From Lamprocystis purpurea DSM 4197 (GTDB lineage: Bacteria; Pseudomonadota; Gammaproteobacteria; Chromatiales; Chromatiaceae), in NCBI RefSeq assembly GCF_000379525.1, contig NZ_KB902522.1, positions 17,265 to 49,264 on the forward strand: a stretch of 32,000 bases of DNA, written 5' to 3'. The position numbers were made by a program, and so were the translations under genes. The notes beneath the pieces are model-generated. The model was given only the letters and a program-made list of their open reading frames with translations, was not told where the DNA came from and ran no database searches. Each line of letters starts with the position of its first letter. The stretch's first letter is position 1. Below, piece after piece: positions 7,655-16,923 of the stretch.

Positions 7655-9040
7655 GTGGCGTATACTCGCGAACATTCGCTAACGGCGGGCAGGGGGCAGT
7701 TGGTGGCGCAAGACGACGGTCCAAGAGACGTCGCTGATCGGATCGCCCGCACCTGGGCCGCCGATAGGTCGCTCCAGCTCGACCGGGAGCGGCTCGCTTA
7801 TTTGAGCGGCATCCATGCCTTCCTGGAACTGAATCCGGACCCCGTTCTCACCGAGGAGCAGTTGCGCGATATCTTCGGACTGCTCAACGACATCGTGCAA
7901 GGCGAGACCGGGGCGGTCGCGCAGCGCGCCACTTATGCGATCGACGCACTGTGCGCACAGTACCTGCTCGTCCGGTCCGATTTCGGTGGTGTTTCGACGG
8001 CGGGCGAGTTTACTTTGAGCCCCTTGGGCAAGACCCTGGCTGAATGGTTTGGAGCGCAAGAGGGCCTTGATCGCGAGGGGCTGGAAGTGATGCTCACGCG
8101 TATCCGTGGGGACCTCGCCGGGGTCCGTCAGGCCGCGCTTCTGGGCGGGGACGAGACCCATTGGCGCGCCCGGGTGGTGAGCCCACTGAAGCTCACGGTC
8201 GCCGGACTCGTTGAGATGATCGACCGTCGCCAGCGGGGGATGGATGTCCAGCAGCAAGAGATCCGCGAGCAGATCGGCCAGTTGTTGGAGGCCCAGTGGT
8301 TCGAGGCCATTGCGCGTTGCGAGACGCTGTTGCAGAACACCGGTGTGACCCTGCAGGAGCTGAACCATACCCTGATGTCCGAGACTGAGGGGGTCGCGAA
8401 TTTGCTCAACGAGATTTTCGAGGCTGCCGACGATGCCGATCAGGACGCTGCGCTGGATGCCGTCAGCTATGTCCGTACCCAGATCGAGCGGGTCGCCGCC
8501 TGGGGTGACAGCCGATTTCAGTCGTGGTCAGCCTACTATCAGAACGTGCATGAGTTTATTCGCACGATCGTCCGGGTCGACCGCGATCGGGCCCTGCGGG
8601 CGCGCTTGCGTGATGGGCTCAAAAGCTACACCGAGTTACCCTGGCATCTGCGTTGCGCCGCCCAGACCCCCTATCGCCACCTGCGGGAGCCGGAGTCCGG
8701 TCTGGACACCAAGGCCGTGGTTCGTCGGCGGACTGAGCGCGACGATAGGCTCGTTGACGCGTTAGCCGAAACCGATCCGCTGGAGCGGGTCTTTGCTGCC
8801 CTGCATGCACAGATGAACCAGACTGGCCGCCTCGACCTGTGGGATCTGTTGCACGAACGGCTTCCCAGCCATTCGGACGAGGAGCTGTTTCTGATGGCGG
8901 GTGCGTTGGTTAGATGGATGTTGGCGCAGGGGGAGCCGCTGCCGCCCCAGGGTTGGCAATGGATACCGCTCGGCCGCCGTCTGGAGGTGCAGAATCTGGT
9001 CGTCGAGCGGACCGCCAGGGAAGCACAGCGCGATGGATGA
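7655..9040 (+). CDS. MukF-like kleisin (JetA/MksB-type subunit of a Wadjet-like condensin)
   Basis: Blocks collinear with my recollection of E. coli MukF: GGDETHWRARVVSPLKLTVAG, QQQEIREQIGQLLEAQWFEAIARCETLL, NVHEFIRTIVRVDRDRALRARLRDGLKSY. The GTG start at 7655 is uncertain; GTG at 7703 is an alternative. Confidence 0.8.
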   Translation: MAYTREHSLTAGRGQLVAQDDGPRDVADRIARTWAADRSLQLDRERLAYLSGIHAFLELNPDPVLTEEQLRDIFGLLNDIVQGETGAVAQRATYAIDALCAQYLLVRSDFGGVSTAGEFTLSPLGKTLAEWFGAQEGLDREGLEVMLTRIRGDLAGVRQAALLGGDETHWRARVVSPLKLTVAGLVEMIDRRQRGMDVQQQEIREQIGQLLEAQWFEAIARCETLLQNTGVTLQELNHTLMSETEGVANLLNEIFEAADDADQDAALDAVSYVRTQIERVAAWGDSRFQSWSAYYQNVHEFIRTIVRVDRDRALRARLRDGLKSYTELPWHLRCAAQTPYRHLREPESGLDTKAVVRRRTERDDRLVDALAETDPLERVFAALHAQMNQTGRLDLWDLLHERLPSHSDEELFLMAGALVRWMLAQGEPLPPQGWQWIPLGRRLEVQNLVVERTAREAQRDG

Positions 9041-9743
9041 CGATCGTTATCACAGTCTTGAGTCCGTAATCTCAGACCCGCTGTTTCCCTGCATTGACCA
9101 TCGCCTGCGCTGCGGCTTTCATGTGGACAGCGACGACATCGCCGATTACGAGTTCTTGCTCTACGCGGCGGACTGGTTGCAAGGCTTTTACGCCGGCTAT
9201 CAGTGCCGTTTGATTCAAGCCCCTGAAGGTTATTGGTATCTGCGCTCGGAGGGCGAATTGCTCGGACACCGCCGGCTGAGCTTGGCTGAGATGCTGGTTG
9301 GTCAAGTGCTGGCCTTGATGCACATGGACCCGGTCTGGCTGAGCCAGACTGGGTGGATTCCGCGTACCAAGGTCCTGGAAACCCTGGAACATCTGCTCGG
9401 GCGTGAGCGCCTGGCGGCGCAACTGGCCCCGCGCAGCCGCGCCCGTGAACACCACGCGGACGACCGCCGTATCCGCGAAGCGGTGGACAAGGCCCTCAAC
9501 GGGCTGGAGGCACTGGGTTTCGTGCGCCAGCGGCGCGATACGGCCGAATTGTTGCCCCGGCGGCCACTGATGCGCTTCGTCGCCGCGGTCCGCGGTTCCG
9601 CCGATCCGAGGGAGGCGTTGGAGCGATTGGTATTGGAAGGAGAGGTGGAATTCGGCGATCCCGCGCGGGATGCCTCCGAGGCCCCGGATGACCCCGCCGT
9701 CGCCGTGCTCCCCGACGACGGCGAGGACCCGGATGAGCGTTAG
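9033..9743 (+). CDS. MukE-like KITE subunit (JetB/MksE-type)
   Basis: SDPLFPCIDHRLRCGFHV…FYAGYQCRLIQAPEGYWYLRS and VRGSADPREALERLVLEGEV parallel E. coli MukE blocks; acidic C-tail. The ATG overlaps the upstream stop (ATGGATGA). Confidence 0.85.
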   Translation: MDDDRYHSLESVISDPLFPCIDHRLRCGFHVDSDDIADYEFLLYAADWLQGFYAGYQCRLIQAPEGYWYLRSEGELLGHRRLSLAEMLVGQVLALMHMDPVWLSQTGWIPRTKVLETLEHLLGRERLAAQLAPRSRAREHHADDRRIREAVDKALNGLEALGFVRQRRDTAELLPRRPLMRFVAAVRGSADPREALERLVLEGEVEFGDPARDASEAPDDPAVAVLPDDGEDPDER

Positions 9744-12700
9744 GGCACGGATCAGCCGGCTGCTGTTGCTCAACTGGAAAGGGTTGTTTTTTCAGCCCTT
9801 CGAGCTGCACGAAGCGGTTACCGCACTGGAAGGCGAGAACGGGGCCGGCAAGACCACGGTCATGATTGCCGCCTTTGTCGCGCTGTTACCGGATCCGCAA
9901 CGGCTGAGTTTCCGCAATATCGGCGAGGGTGAGGGTAGCGGTGACGGTGATCGGGGCATCTACGGCCGTCTGGGTGACAAGGGGCCAAGCTACAGTCTGC
10001 TCGATCTGCGCACCGGCGACGGTGCCCGCGTCGTAGCCGGGGTCTGCCTGCTGCGTGGCGCCTCGCCGCATATCGAATTCAAGCGCTTCGTGGTTGAGGG
10101 TCTGTCGGTGGACCAGGACTTGGAGGCCTTGGTGCTGCTGCGAGACGGGGACAACGAGCGTATTCCTGATCTAGTTGAACTGCGCGAGGCGTTCGCCCAA
10201 ACCGGCGCGAGCATGCGCCTCTACGAGACCGCCGGACGTTACTGCGGACATCTGCACGAATTAGGCATCCTGCCCATGCGTATGGAGCAGTCGCAAGACC
10301 GCCAGCGTTTCCACCAGATGCTGCATACCAGCATGTACGGCGGCTTCTCCGGGGCACTGCAAAAGGGCTTGCGCGACTATCTGCTCAACGAAGACGAACG
10401 TCTGCGCAACCATGTCGTGCGCATGCGCGAAAACCTGGACGCCTGTCGCATCACCCGTCGGCGTATTGCCGAGGCCGACGCACGCTATCGGCTGATCGCC
10501 GAGGTCTTTCGGTTCGGGTGGGGTATGGTGGAGGCCGCTTTCCACGGTACCCGGCTGTTCGCCGAAACCCGTCGGGTGAGCGCCGCTGAGGCCCGTGCAG
10601 GCCATCGGCACTGTCGCCTGCTGCTCAGGGAGGCAGCGTTGGAGCATGAGCGGCTGATCCGTCGTCAGGCGGAGATTCAGCGCACCTTGGTGCCCCTGCA
10701 GGCGGCGGACCGAGAGACCGCCGAGCTGTTGGAGCGCTGCCAACGGGCGCGCCGTCTACGCACCGAGTTGGACAACCTGAAGCCCCGTCGCGTGGCGCAG
10801 GAGCAAGCCCTGGCGTTGACCGAGCACGCCTGTGAGGCCGCCCAATCTGCGGTGGCAAACGCCCGTGAGCGCCATCGGCACGAACAACAGGAGCGCGACG
10901 TGCTGACGGGCAACCTGGCCAACGCCCAGGACGCGTTCGCGGCCATCGCCTCCAAAGTGGGGCAGTACCACGCCGCCTTGACCAGTCTGAACGACGCCCG
11001 CGCCGCGCTGCCCGACCGGGAGTTGGATCCCGACCGGCTGGACGGCGTGCTCGTTGAGTGCGAGGACCAGTGGCAGACCGCCCTGACGGCGGTGTCGAGC
11101 ACGCAGCAATCGTTGGACGGTGCTGAAACCCGCCGCCAGCGGTTTGATACGTTACTCGCCGTCCTGGTCCGTCAGGCGGGGCATGCAGTGGCTGAGCACG
11201 AAGCCGCGGCCACCGCGTGTCAAGTGGATGCGGAACTGCGGGACCTGGAGGAGCGCGTGGCCCGTGCCCAGGATCTGCCGGAGCGCATCCAACAGGCCGA
11301 GGTGCGGGCACGCACCCAAGCCGACCTGCGTCGGCAACTTCAGCATCTGGTGCCCAGGTGTGGCCCACTGGATCGCGCCAATCAGGTGCGCGAGGCGCAT
11401 GCGCTGCAGGCCCGGCGCAGCCGTGCATTGGGCGTCGAGTTGGGCGATCTGAGCGCGCGTTGCGCGGAGCATCGCCGCGTGCGCGACCTGGCTGGCCAGC
11501 GCACCGAGACCCTGGAGCGGGACCTGGAGACTTGGCGCGGGGTCCAGACCCTGGCCGATGAACTGCGGGCTCTAGACGAGTGGCTGATCGATGGGTCAGA
11601 GACTTTGGAACTCCTTCGGGTCGAGTTGGTGCGGCAGGACGACGCGCTCGGCAGTCGGCTGAGAGAACTGGACGAGCAGCGTAAGCAGTTCGTTGAAGAA
11701 GCGGAACAACTGGAGTTTGGCGGCGGACGGCTCGACGAGTCGTTGGCCAGTCTAGCCGACCGGCTCGACGGCCAATTGGTGGCTGAGCGCTTCGATGCCG
11801 TACCGGCCGCGGAGGCGGCCATGATCGAGGCGCGCCTCGGTCCCCTGCATTCGGCCGTGCTGGTCTACGACATCGCCGCAGCCGCAGCGACCGCGGTCGG
11901 GGTGGAGCGGCGCCCAGAGCATCTGTGGCTGGTCCCAGCCGGGGAGCTGGCCGGCCCCCCGCCGGGGCAGACCCTGGGTGACAGTGAATTGGTGCAGATG
12001 GGAACTGTCTGGCGTCTGAGTCGGCAGCCGCACCATCCGGTGGTGGGCCGGGTGGCGCGCGATCAGGAGATCGCCCGCTTACGTACGGCAGTCCAGGTGT
12101 GCGAGGCGGAGCGCGACGGGCTGCGTGGCAAGCGCGTGCGCTTACGCGGTCATCTCCAGCTAGTCGGGCGGCTAGCCGCCGAGGTGCGCTGGCTCATGCT
12201 GCCGTCCCCGGAGATGGAACTGCGCAATCAGCGCCGGATTGCAGGCGAGCGCGGCCAACAATTGCAGCGCGACGAGGCCGCCCTGGCGGCACTGAAGCTC
12301 GAACGGACCCTGGCCGAGGAGATCGGCGTGGCTTTGGAGCGCTGCCTCCCCGATGCCGGTCTGCTCGACGAGGAAGACTGGTCGACCATTCTCCTGGTGC
12401 TACGCCGGGAGCGCGAGGCGGTCCAGGCGGCGCGGGCGCTGCTGGAGCGGTCGCAAGCCGACATCAAGACCCTGCGCGAGGGCTTTCTGGAGTTGCAGCA
12501 AGCCCCGCCCGATTGCGCCTACCTGGAGAATCTGCATCGGCGACAGACCGCCGCTCGGCAGATACTCGACTATTGGTCCAAGGCGAGACACCTGCTCAAG
12601 GACCTTGCCGAGCGCCGACTCCATTTCGCCTATGCCGACCAGGAGCCGCTGCTCAGGGAGCAGGATGGTGCACTAGGGGAATTGCGCGAGATGCTCGATG

Positions 12701-14133
12701 CGCTCCGGCAGCGGGTCGCCGTTCTCGAAAAAACGAAGGACCAGGCGGAACAGTCTCTGGAGCGGGCGCGCGCGGCGCACAACAGCGCAGACGCCGCGCT
12801 CAAGGCCACGGCTGCAAGCTGGGACGAACGAGCGAACCAACTCGCTGAGACCGGCGAGGATGGTTCGGCCGAGGGTCTGGCGGCGGCCGAGCGGCTGCGC
12901 GCCGACGCGGCGGCCGAGCTGGCGCAGGCGGATCGCGAGGACCGTCAGCTCCATGCGGATGTAGCAGTCGCTGCAAACTGTGTCGATCAGGCCGACAAGG
13001 AGCAGGCAAGGACTCGTGACGCCTGGCGCAAGACTCTGATAGAACTGCGCCCCAATTGGCGTAACTGGATCGGTTTGCGGCGCGAGGCCGCCCGGCTCGG
13101 CGTGTTGGACCGCCTCGTACGCGTAGCCGAGAGCTATCAGGCTTTGGGTCCGCCCAATGTCATGGGGCTGGCCAGCGAGCGCCGCGGCCAGTTGGGAGAA
13201 GCCGTGAAGAACGCCGACGGCGGGATGGATCTGGCACAGCAGCTCGCGCGGGGTCCGGGTGCCGCATCCGCCGAAGGTACGGCTGGACTTCGCGATCTGC
13301 GTGCTTGGGGTCTCGTGCGCGGGTTTCTGGAGCAAAGCATACCGCGCGACATCGCTCAATCGGACGACCCCCAGGTCGCGCTGGAGCAGATTGGCCAGCA
13401 CCTCACGCTGTTGCGCGAGCGACTGCTGGACCAGGAGCAGTCGCTACGGCACAGCACCGAAGAAATCGCCAACAGCATCCAGGTCAAGATCCGTCGGGAG
13501 GAGGCGCGGATCCACGGCCTCAATCGGGGGCTTGCGCGCGTGCGCTTCGGGTCCATCAGGGGGGTGCGCATCCATCTGGAGCGACAGCCCATGATGCTGA
13601 AGCTGCTCGACGCCATGCGCACTCAACCCGACCTGTTCGAGCAAGACGCCCCGCTGGAGGATGCACTCGCTGCCGTCTACCAACACCTAGGCGGCGGTCA
13701 GATTCAGGGCGAGCATCTGCTCGACTATCGCCAATACATCCGCATTGGCGTACAGGTGCAGCGCCTCGGCCGCGACGCCTGGATGGAGGCCCGCGCCGGA
13801 GCACTCTCCACCGGAGAGTCGATCGGTGTGGGTGCCGCCGTATTGGTGGTCATCCTTGATGCCTGGGAGCAGCAGGCGGCGCTGCTCAAGGGGCGCAAGG
13901 GCGGGCAGGCATTGCGCTTCCTGTTTCTCGACGAGGCCAACCGGCTGAGCCCCGAATCGCTCGACACGCTGACCGAGCTATGCGAACAGATGCAGGTTCA
14001 ACTGCTCGCCGCCGCGCCCGCAGCCGATCGTGGCCGCCGCGGACATATTTACCGCCTGGTTCGGCGCACCGACAGTACAGGTGCGGAGGAAGTCATCGTG
14101 CGCGGCCGGCGGATGCGTGACCTCGATCCATGA
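9733..14133 (+). CDS. MukB-like SMC-family ATPase, 1466 aa (JetC/MksF-type)
   Basis: N-terminus LLLLNWKGLFFQPFELHEAVTALEGENGAGKTTVMIAAFVALLPD, with Walker A at 9832-9858. It has a long Arg/Glu/Leu/Ala coiled-coil middle. The C-terminus carries ALSTGESIG, Walker B FLFLDEA (13918-13938) and LCEQMQVQLLAAAP. Size and motifs are close to MukB. Confidence 0.9.
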   Translation: MSVRARISRLLLLNWKGLFFQPFELHEAVTALEGENGAGKTTVMIAAFVALLPDPQRLSFRNIGEGEGSGDGDRGIYGRLGDKGPSYSLLDLRTGDGARVVAGVCLLRGASPHIEFKRFVVEGLSVDQDLEALVLLRDGDNERIPDLVELREAFAQTGASMRLYETAGRYCGHLHELGILPMRMEQSQDRQRFHQMLHTSMYGGFSGALQKGLRDYLLNEDERLRNHVVRMRENLDACRITRRRIAEADARYRLIAEVFRFGWGMVEAAFHGTRLFAETRRVSAAEARAGHRHCRLLLREAALEHERLIRRQAEIQRTLVPLQAADRETAELLERCQRARRLRTELDNLKPRRVAQEQALALTEHACEAAQSAVANARERHRHEQQERDVLTGNLANAQDAFAAIASKVGQYHAALTSLNDARAALPDRELDPDRLDGVLVECEDQWQTALTAVSSTQQSLDGAETRRQRFDTLLAVLVRQAGHAVAEHEAAATACQVDAELRDLEERVARAQDLPERIQQAEVRARTQADLRRQLQHLVPRCGPLDRANQVREAHALQARRSRALGVELGDLSARCAEHRRVRDLAGQRTETLERDLETWRGVQTLADELRALDEWLIDGSETLELLRVELVRQDDALGSRLRELDEQRKQFVEEAEQLEFGGGRLDESLASLADRLDGQLVAERFDAVPAAEAAMIEARLGPLHSAVLVYDIAAAAATAVGVERRPEHLWLVPAGELAGPPPGQTLGDSELVQMGTVWRLSRQPHHPVVGRVARDQEIARLRTAVQVCEAERDGLRGKRVRLRGHLQLVGRLAAEVRWLMLPSPEMELRNQRRIAGERGQQLQRDEAALAALKLERTLAEEIGVALERCLPDAGLLDEEDWSTILLVLRREREAVQAARALLERSQADIKTLREGFLELQQAPPDCAYLENLHRRQTAARQILDYWSKARHLLKDLAERRLHFAYADQEPLLREQDGALGELREMLDALRQRVAVLEKTKDQAEQSLERARAAHNSADAALKATAASWDERANQLAETGEDGSAEGLAAAERLRADAAAELAQADREDRQLHADVAVAANCVDQADKEQARTRDAWRKTLIELRPNWRNWIGLRREAARLGVLDRLVRVAESYQALGPPNVMGLASERRGQLGEAVKNADGGMDLAQQLARGPGAASAEGTAGLRDLRAWGLVRGFLEQSIPRDIAQSDDPQVALEQIGQHLTLLRERLLDQEQSLRHSTEEIANSIQVKIRREEARIHGLNRGLARVRFGSIRGVRIHLERQPMMLKLLDAMRTQPDLFEQDAPLEDALAAVYQHLGGGQIQGEHLLDYRQYIRIGVQVQRLGRDAWMEARAGALSTGESIGVGAAVLVVILDAWEQQAALLKGRKGGQALRFLFLDEANRLSPESLDTLTELCEQMQVQLLAAAPAADRGRRGHIYRLVRRTDSTGAEEVIVRGRRMRDLDP

Positions 14134-15116
14134 GCGCGCTCAGCTGGCAGGACCCGGATCTGCAATGGACCTTGGTCACACTGCTCGAGTTCGGCGAGAT
14201 CCGGCGCAATGCCGCCAATGCAACCCTGGTGGACTGGTTGCGCGAGGCCGGATGGGTTGGTCAAGGTTCGCGTCGGGATCTGTTTCTGCTTCGTCCGGCC
14301 AAGCGGGCGGCCGTGGCGGTCCGACTGGCCGAAGGCTGGCCCGACTGGCAACGCGATCTGGCCGCTTTGGCAGCCGCGGGCCTTCCCTGCGACGCGGCCG
14401 GGCTGCGTCAGTTGCGCCGGTGCGGAGTACCCCTGGCCGCGCTTCCGCCGCGATTGCATCGCAAGACCTGGATGGCCCGCTTCGGGGCTCATTCCAAGGC
14501 GGGTACACCGGATGCGCTGCCGCCGCCGACTCTGGTGCTCACCGATGACGACCTGCTGCGGCTGCGCCCGAATCGGGGGCTGGCGCTGCGCTTCGCCGAC
14601 GGGGAAGTACGTGACTGCGACGATTGGGTACGCCCGCTTGGTGAGTTGGTTATCCCCCAGCGCGCCCTGTGCGATGGTCTCTCCCTGTGCGGTACCCTTC
14701 CCCGATGGGTGATGACGGTCGAGAATCTGGGTGCCTACCTGGATCTGCCGGCGCCGTCCCAGGCCCTGGTGGTCCATCAACCGGGTTGGAACTGTCGGCT
14801 CGCCCGGCACCTGATCGGCCTGCTGCCGGCGGAGGTCTCCTGGTGGCATTTCGGCGATCTTGATCCCGAAGGGCTCGCGATCTTCGCGGCGCTCGGCGGC
14901 GAACTGCGCCGTCCGCGCTTATTTCTGCCGGATTGGTGGAGCGACTATCTGGACACGCACGCGTTGCCGCTCGGACCGGGACAGGGTTGGCCCGGAACTG
15001 AGTCCGACCGGGGTGCCGGACTACTTGCACTGCTGCGGCGCCGCGGCCGGTGGCTCGAACAGGAGGCGATCCTGCTTGATCCGCGGCTGCCGGACAGCTT
15101 GGCGGGCATCACCTAG
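14130..15116 (+). CDS. JetD/MksG-type Toprim (DUF2220-like) nuclease subunit, 328 aa
   Basis: Toprim signature: acidic E in VMTVENLGAY (GAG at 14721-14723) and HFGDLDPEGLAIF (DxD at 14857-14865), then WLEQEAIL near the C-terminus. The ATGA start overlaps the jetC-like stop. Confidence 0.8.
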   Translation: MSALSWQDPDLQWTLVTLLEFGEIRRNAANATLVDWLREAGWVGQGSRRDLFLLRPAKRAAVAVRLAEGWPDWQRDLAALAAAGLPCDAAGLRQLRRCGVPLAALPPRLHRKTWMARFGAHSKAGTPDALPPPTLVLTDDDLLRLRPNRGLALRFADGEVRDCDDWVRPLGELVIPQRALCDGLSLCGTLPRWVMTVENLGAYLDLPAPSQALVVHQPGWNCRLARHLIGLLPAEVSWWHFGDLDPEGLAIFAALGGELRRPRLFLPDWWSDYLDTHALPLGPGQGWPGTESDRGAGLLALLRRRGRWLEQEAILLDPRLPDSLAGIT

Positions 15117-15131
15117 CCGGTGTCGTCAACC

Positions 15132-16919
15132 TCAGAACTTCCAGACCAATGGCACCAGCAGCACCGTCACCGTACCCACCAGCAGGGTCAGTGGCGCACC
15201 CACCCGAGTGAAATCCAGGAAGCGGTAGCCGCCGACGTTGAAGACCATGAGATTGGTCTGATAGCCGATCGGGGTGGCGAAGTCGGCCGAGGCGGCGACC
15301 ATGATGGTCAACATGAAGGGTAAGGGTGAGACCCCCATCCCGGCCGCGGTCTGCAGGGCGATCGGGAACATCAGGACGGCGGCCACGTTGTTGGTCGCAA
15401 AGGAGGTCAGGAGCGAGGTGGTCACATAGATCAGGGCCAGGCTGGTCCAGGGATCCTTGGCGGCGAGCCCGACCAGCCCGCCCGCCACCAGGCTGGCGGC
15501 GCCGGTTTTCTCCAGGGCGGCGCCGATGCCGAAGGAGGTGGCGATGACGATCAGTACCTGCCAATCCGGCGCCCGACGGGCGATACGGCCGTCGGTACAG
15601 CCGGTGATGATCATGAGCCCGGCCGCCAGCAGGGAGGCTTCCAGCATACTGAACCAGCCGATGGTGACCACGGCCACCATGGCCGCGGCGATACCGATGG
15701 CCAGCGGGGCGCGCCGATGGTCGACCGGGTGCGAGTCGCCGATGCGGCTGACCAGCAGGAAATCGCGTGAGTTCTTCTGCTGTTCCACGAAGTCCGGCCG
15801 GGTTTCCAACAGCAGGGTGTCGCCGGCGGCGAGTTCGATATCGCCGATCTTGCGGTCGATCCGCGCGCCGTTGCGGGCCAGGGCGATGATCACCGCGTCA
15901 TAGCGATTGCGGAACCGGCCGGCGCGTACGGTATAGCCGACCAGTGGGCATTTGTCGGAGAGCACGGCCTCCACGAAACCGCGCCCGGGTCTGGGGGTAT
16001 CGAGCTTGAAGACCTGATCCGTGGCCGGAATCAGACCGCGGGTAAGCTGCAAATCCATCACCGAGTCGACGATGCCGACGAACACCAGCCGGTCATCGGC
16101 GTGCAGGATCTCCTCCGCCGAGACCGCGGGCAGCACCAGGTCGCCACGCTCGATCTCCGCCAGGAAGAGCCCCGGCAACTGGCGCAGTCCGGCGGCCTCG
16201 ACACTCTTGCCCACCAGCGGACTGCCGGGTTCGACCAGCATCTCCGCGGTGTACTGGCGCACGTCTTCATAGCTGTCGGCGGCCGGACGGCGGCGCGGCA
16301 ACAGCCAGTGACCGACGGTGAGCAGATAGATGAAGACGGCGATGGTGACCGGTACGCCGATCCACGCGGGCTCGAACAGGCTCAAGCCTTCGCCGCCCAC
16401 CCGTTGTGCATACAGCGAATTCACGACCAGATTGGTGCTGGTACCGATCAGGGTGCAGAGACCGCCGGCGATGGTGGCGTAGGACAGCGGAATCAGGAGT
16501 CGCGACAGCTCCAGCCGATTGCGTTTGGCCCAGTCCTGGACGGCGGGGATGAAGATGGCAACGACCGGCGTGTTATTGAGAAAGGCACTCAAGACTGCCA
16601 CCGGCGCCATGACCCGCAGTCGGGCGTGGGTCTCGCCCTTGGGTCGGCCGAGCAATCCCTGGCCGATCCAGTTGACCGCACCCGTCTCGGTGAGACCGGA
16701 GACCACCACGTAGAGGACGCCGACGGTGAGCATCCCCTCGTTTGAGAACCCGATCAGCGCCTCGTCGGCCGTGAGGATGCCGGTCACCAGCAACAGCGTC
16801 AGGGCGGCGGCGGTCACCAAATCCGGTGCCGCGCGCGTGCCGATGAAGAGCGCAAAACAGCAGGCGACCAACCCGAGGCTGAACCAGCCTTGCCATCCCA
16901 AGTGCAGTGCCGCGTCCAT
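15132..16919 (-). CDS. SLC13/DASS-family permease with two central TrkA-C (RCK_C) domains
   Basis: Polytopic N- and C-terminal halves flank two repeats of a TrkA-C-like unit: …VEPGSPLVGKSVEAAGLR…DDRLVFVG… and …LSDKCPLVGYTVRAG…GDTLLLE…. Start taken at the internal Met (MDAALHLGW), 4 nt after the upstream gene's stop. Confidence 0.8.
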   Translation of the reverse strand: MDAALHLGWQGWFSLGLVACCFALFIGTRAAPDLVTAAALTLLLVTGILTADEALIGFSNEGMLTVGVLYVVVSGLTETGAVNWIGQGLLGRPKGETHARLRVMAPVAVLSAFLNNTPVVAIFIPAVQDWAKRNRLELSRLLIPLSYATIAGGLCTLIGTSTNLVVNSLYAQRVGGEGLSLFEPAWIGVPVTIAVFIYLLTVGHWLLPRRRPAADSYEDVRQYTAEMLVEPGSPLVGKSVEAAGLRQLPGLFLAEIERGDLVLPAVSAEEILHADDRLVFVGIVDSVMDLQLTRGLIPATDQVFKLDTPRPGRGFVEAVLSDKCPLVGYTVRAGRFRNRYDAVIIALARNGARIDRKIGDIELAAGDTLLLETRPDFVEQQKNSRDFLLVSRIGDSHPVDHRRAPLAIGIAAAMVAVVTIGWFSMLEASLLAAGLMIITGCTDGRIARRAPDWQVLIVIATSFGIGAALEKTGAASLVAGGLVGLAAKDPWTSLALIYVTTSLLTSFATNNVAAVLMFPIALQTAAGMGVSPLPFMLTIMVAASADFATPIGYQTNLMVFNVGGYRFLDFTRVGAPLTLLVGTVTVLLVPLVWKF

Positions 16920-16923
16920 GGTG

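Noticed and set aside
7648-7668. Inverted repeat CGCGAGT-ggcgtat-ACTCGCG containing TATACT at the start of the mukF-like gene, as a promoter or operator
   Set aside because: There is no acceptable -35 at the right spacing. I kept it only as a caveat about the start-codon choice (7655 versus 7703).
10625-12848. Several 100-270-aa ORFs on both strands inside the MukB-like gene (e.g. 10625-11428 minus, 12099-12848 plus)
   Set aside because: All are nested in a 4.4-kb ORF with Walker A/B and Muk-like motifs. Their translations are low-complexity Arg/Ala/Pro/Gly.
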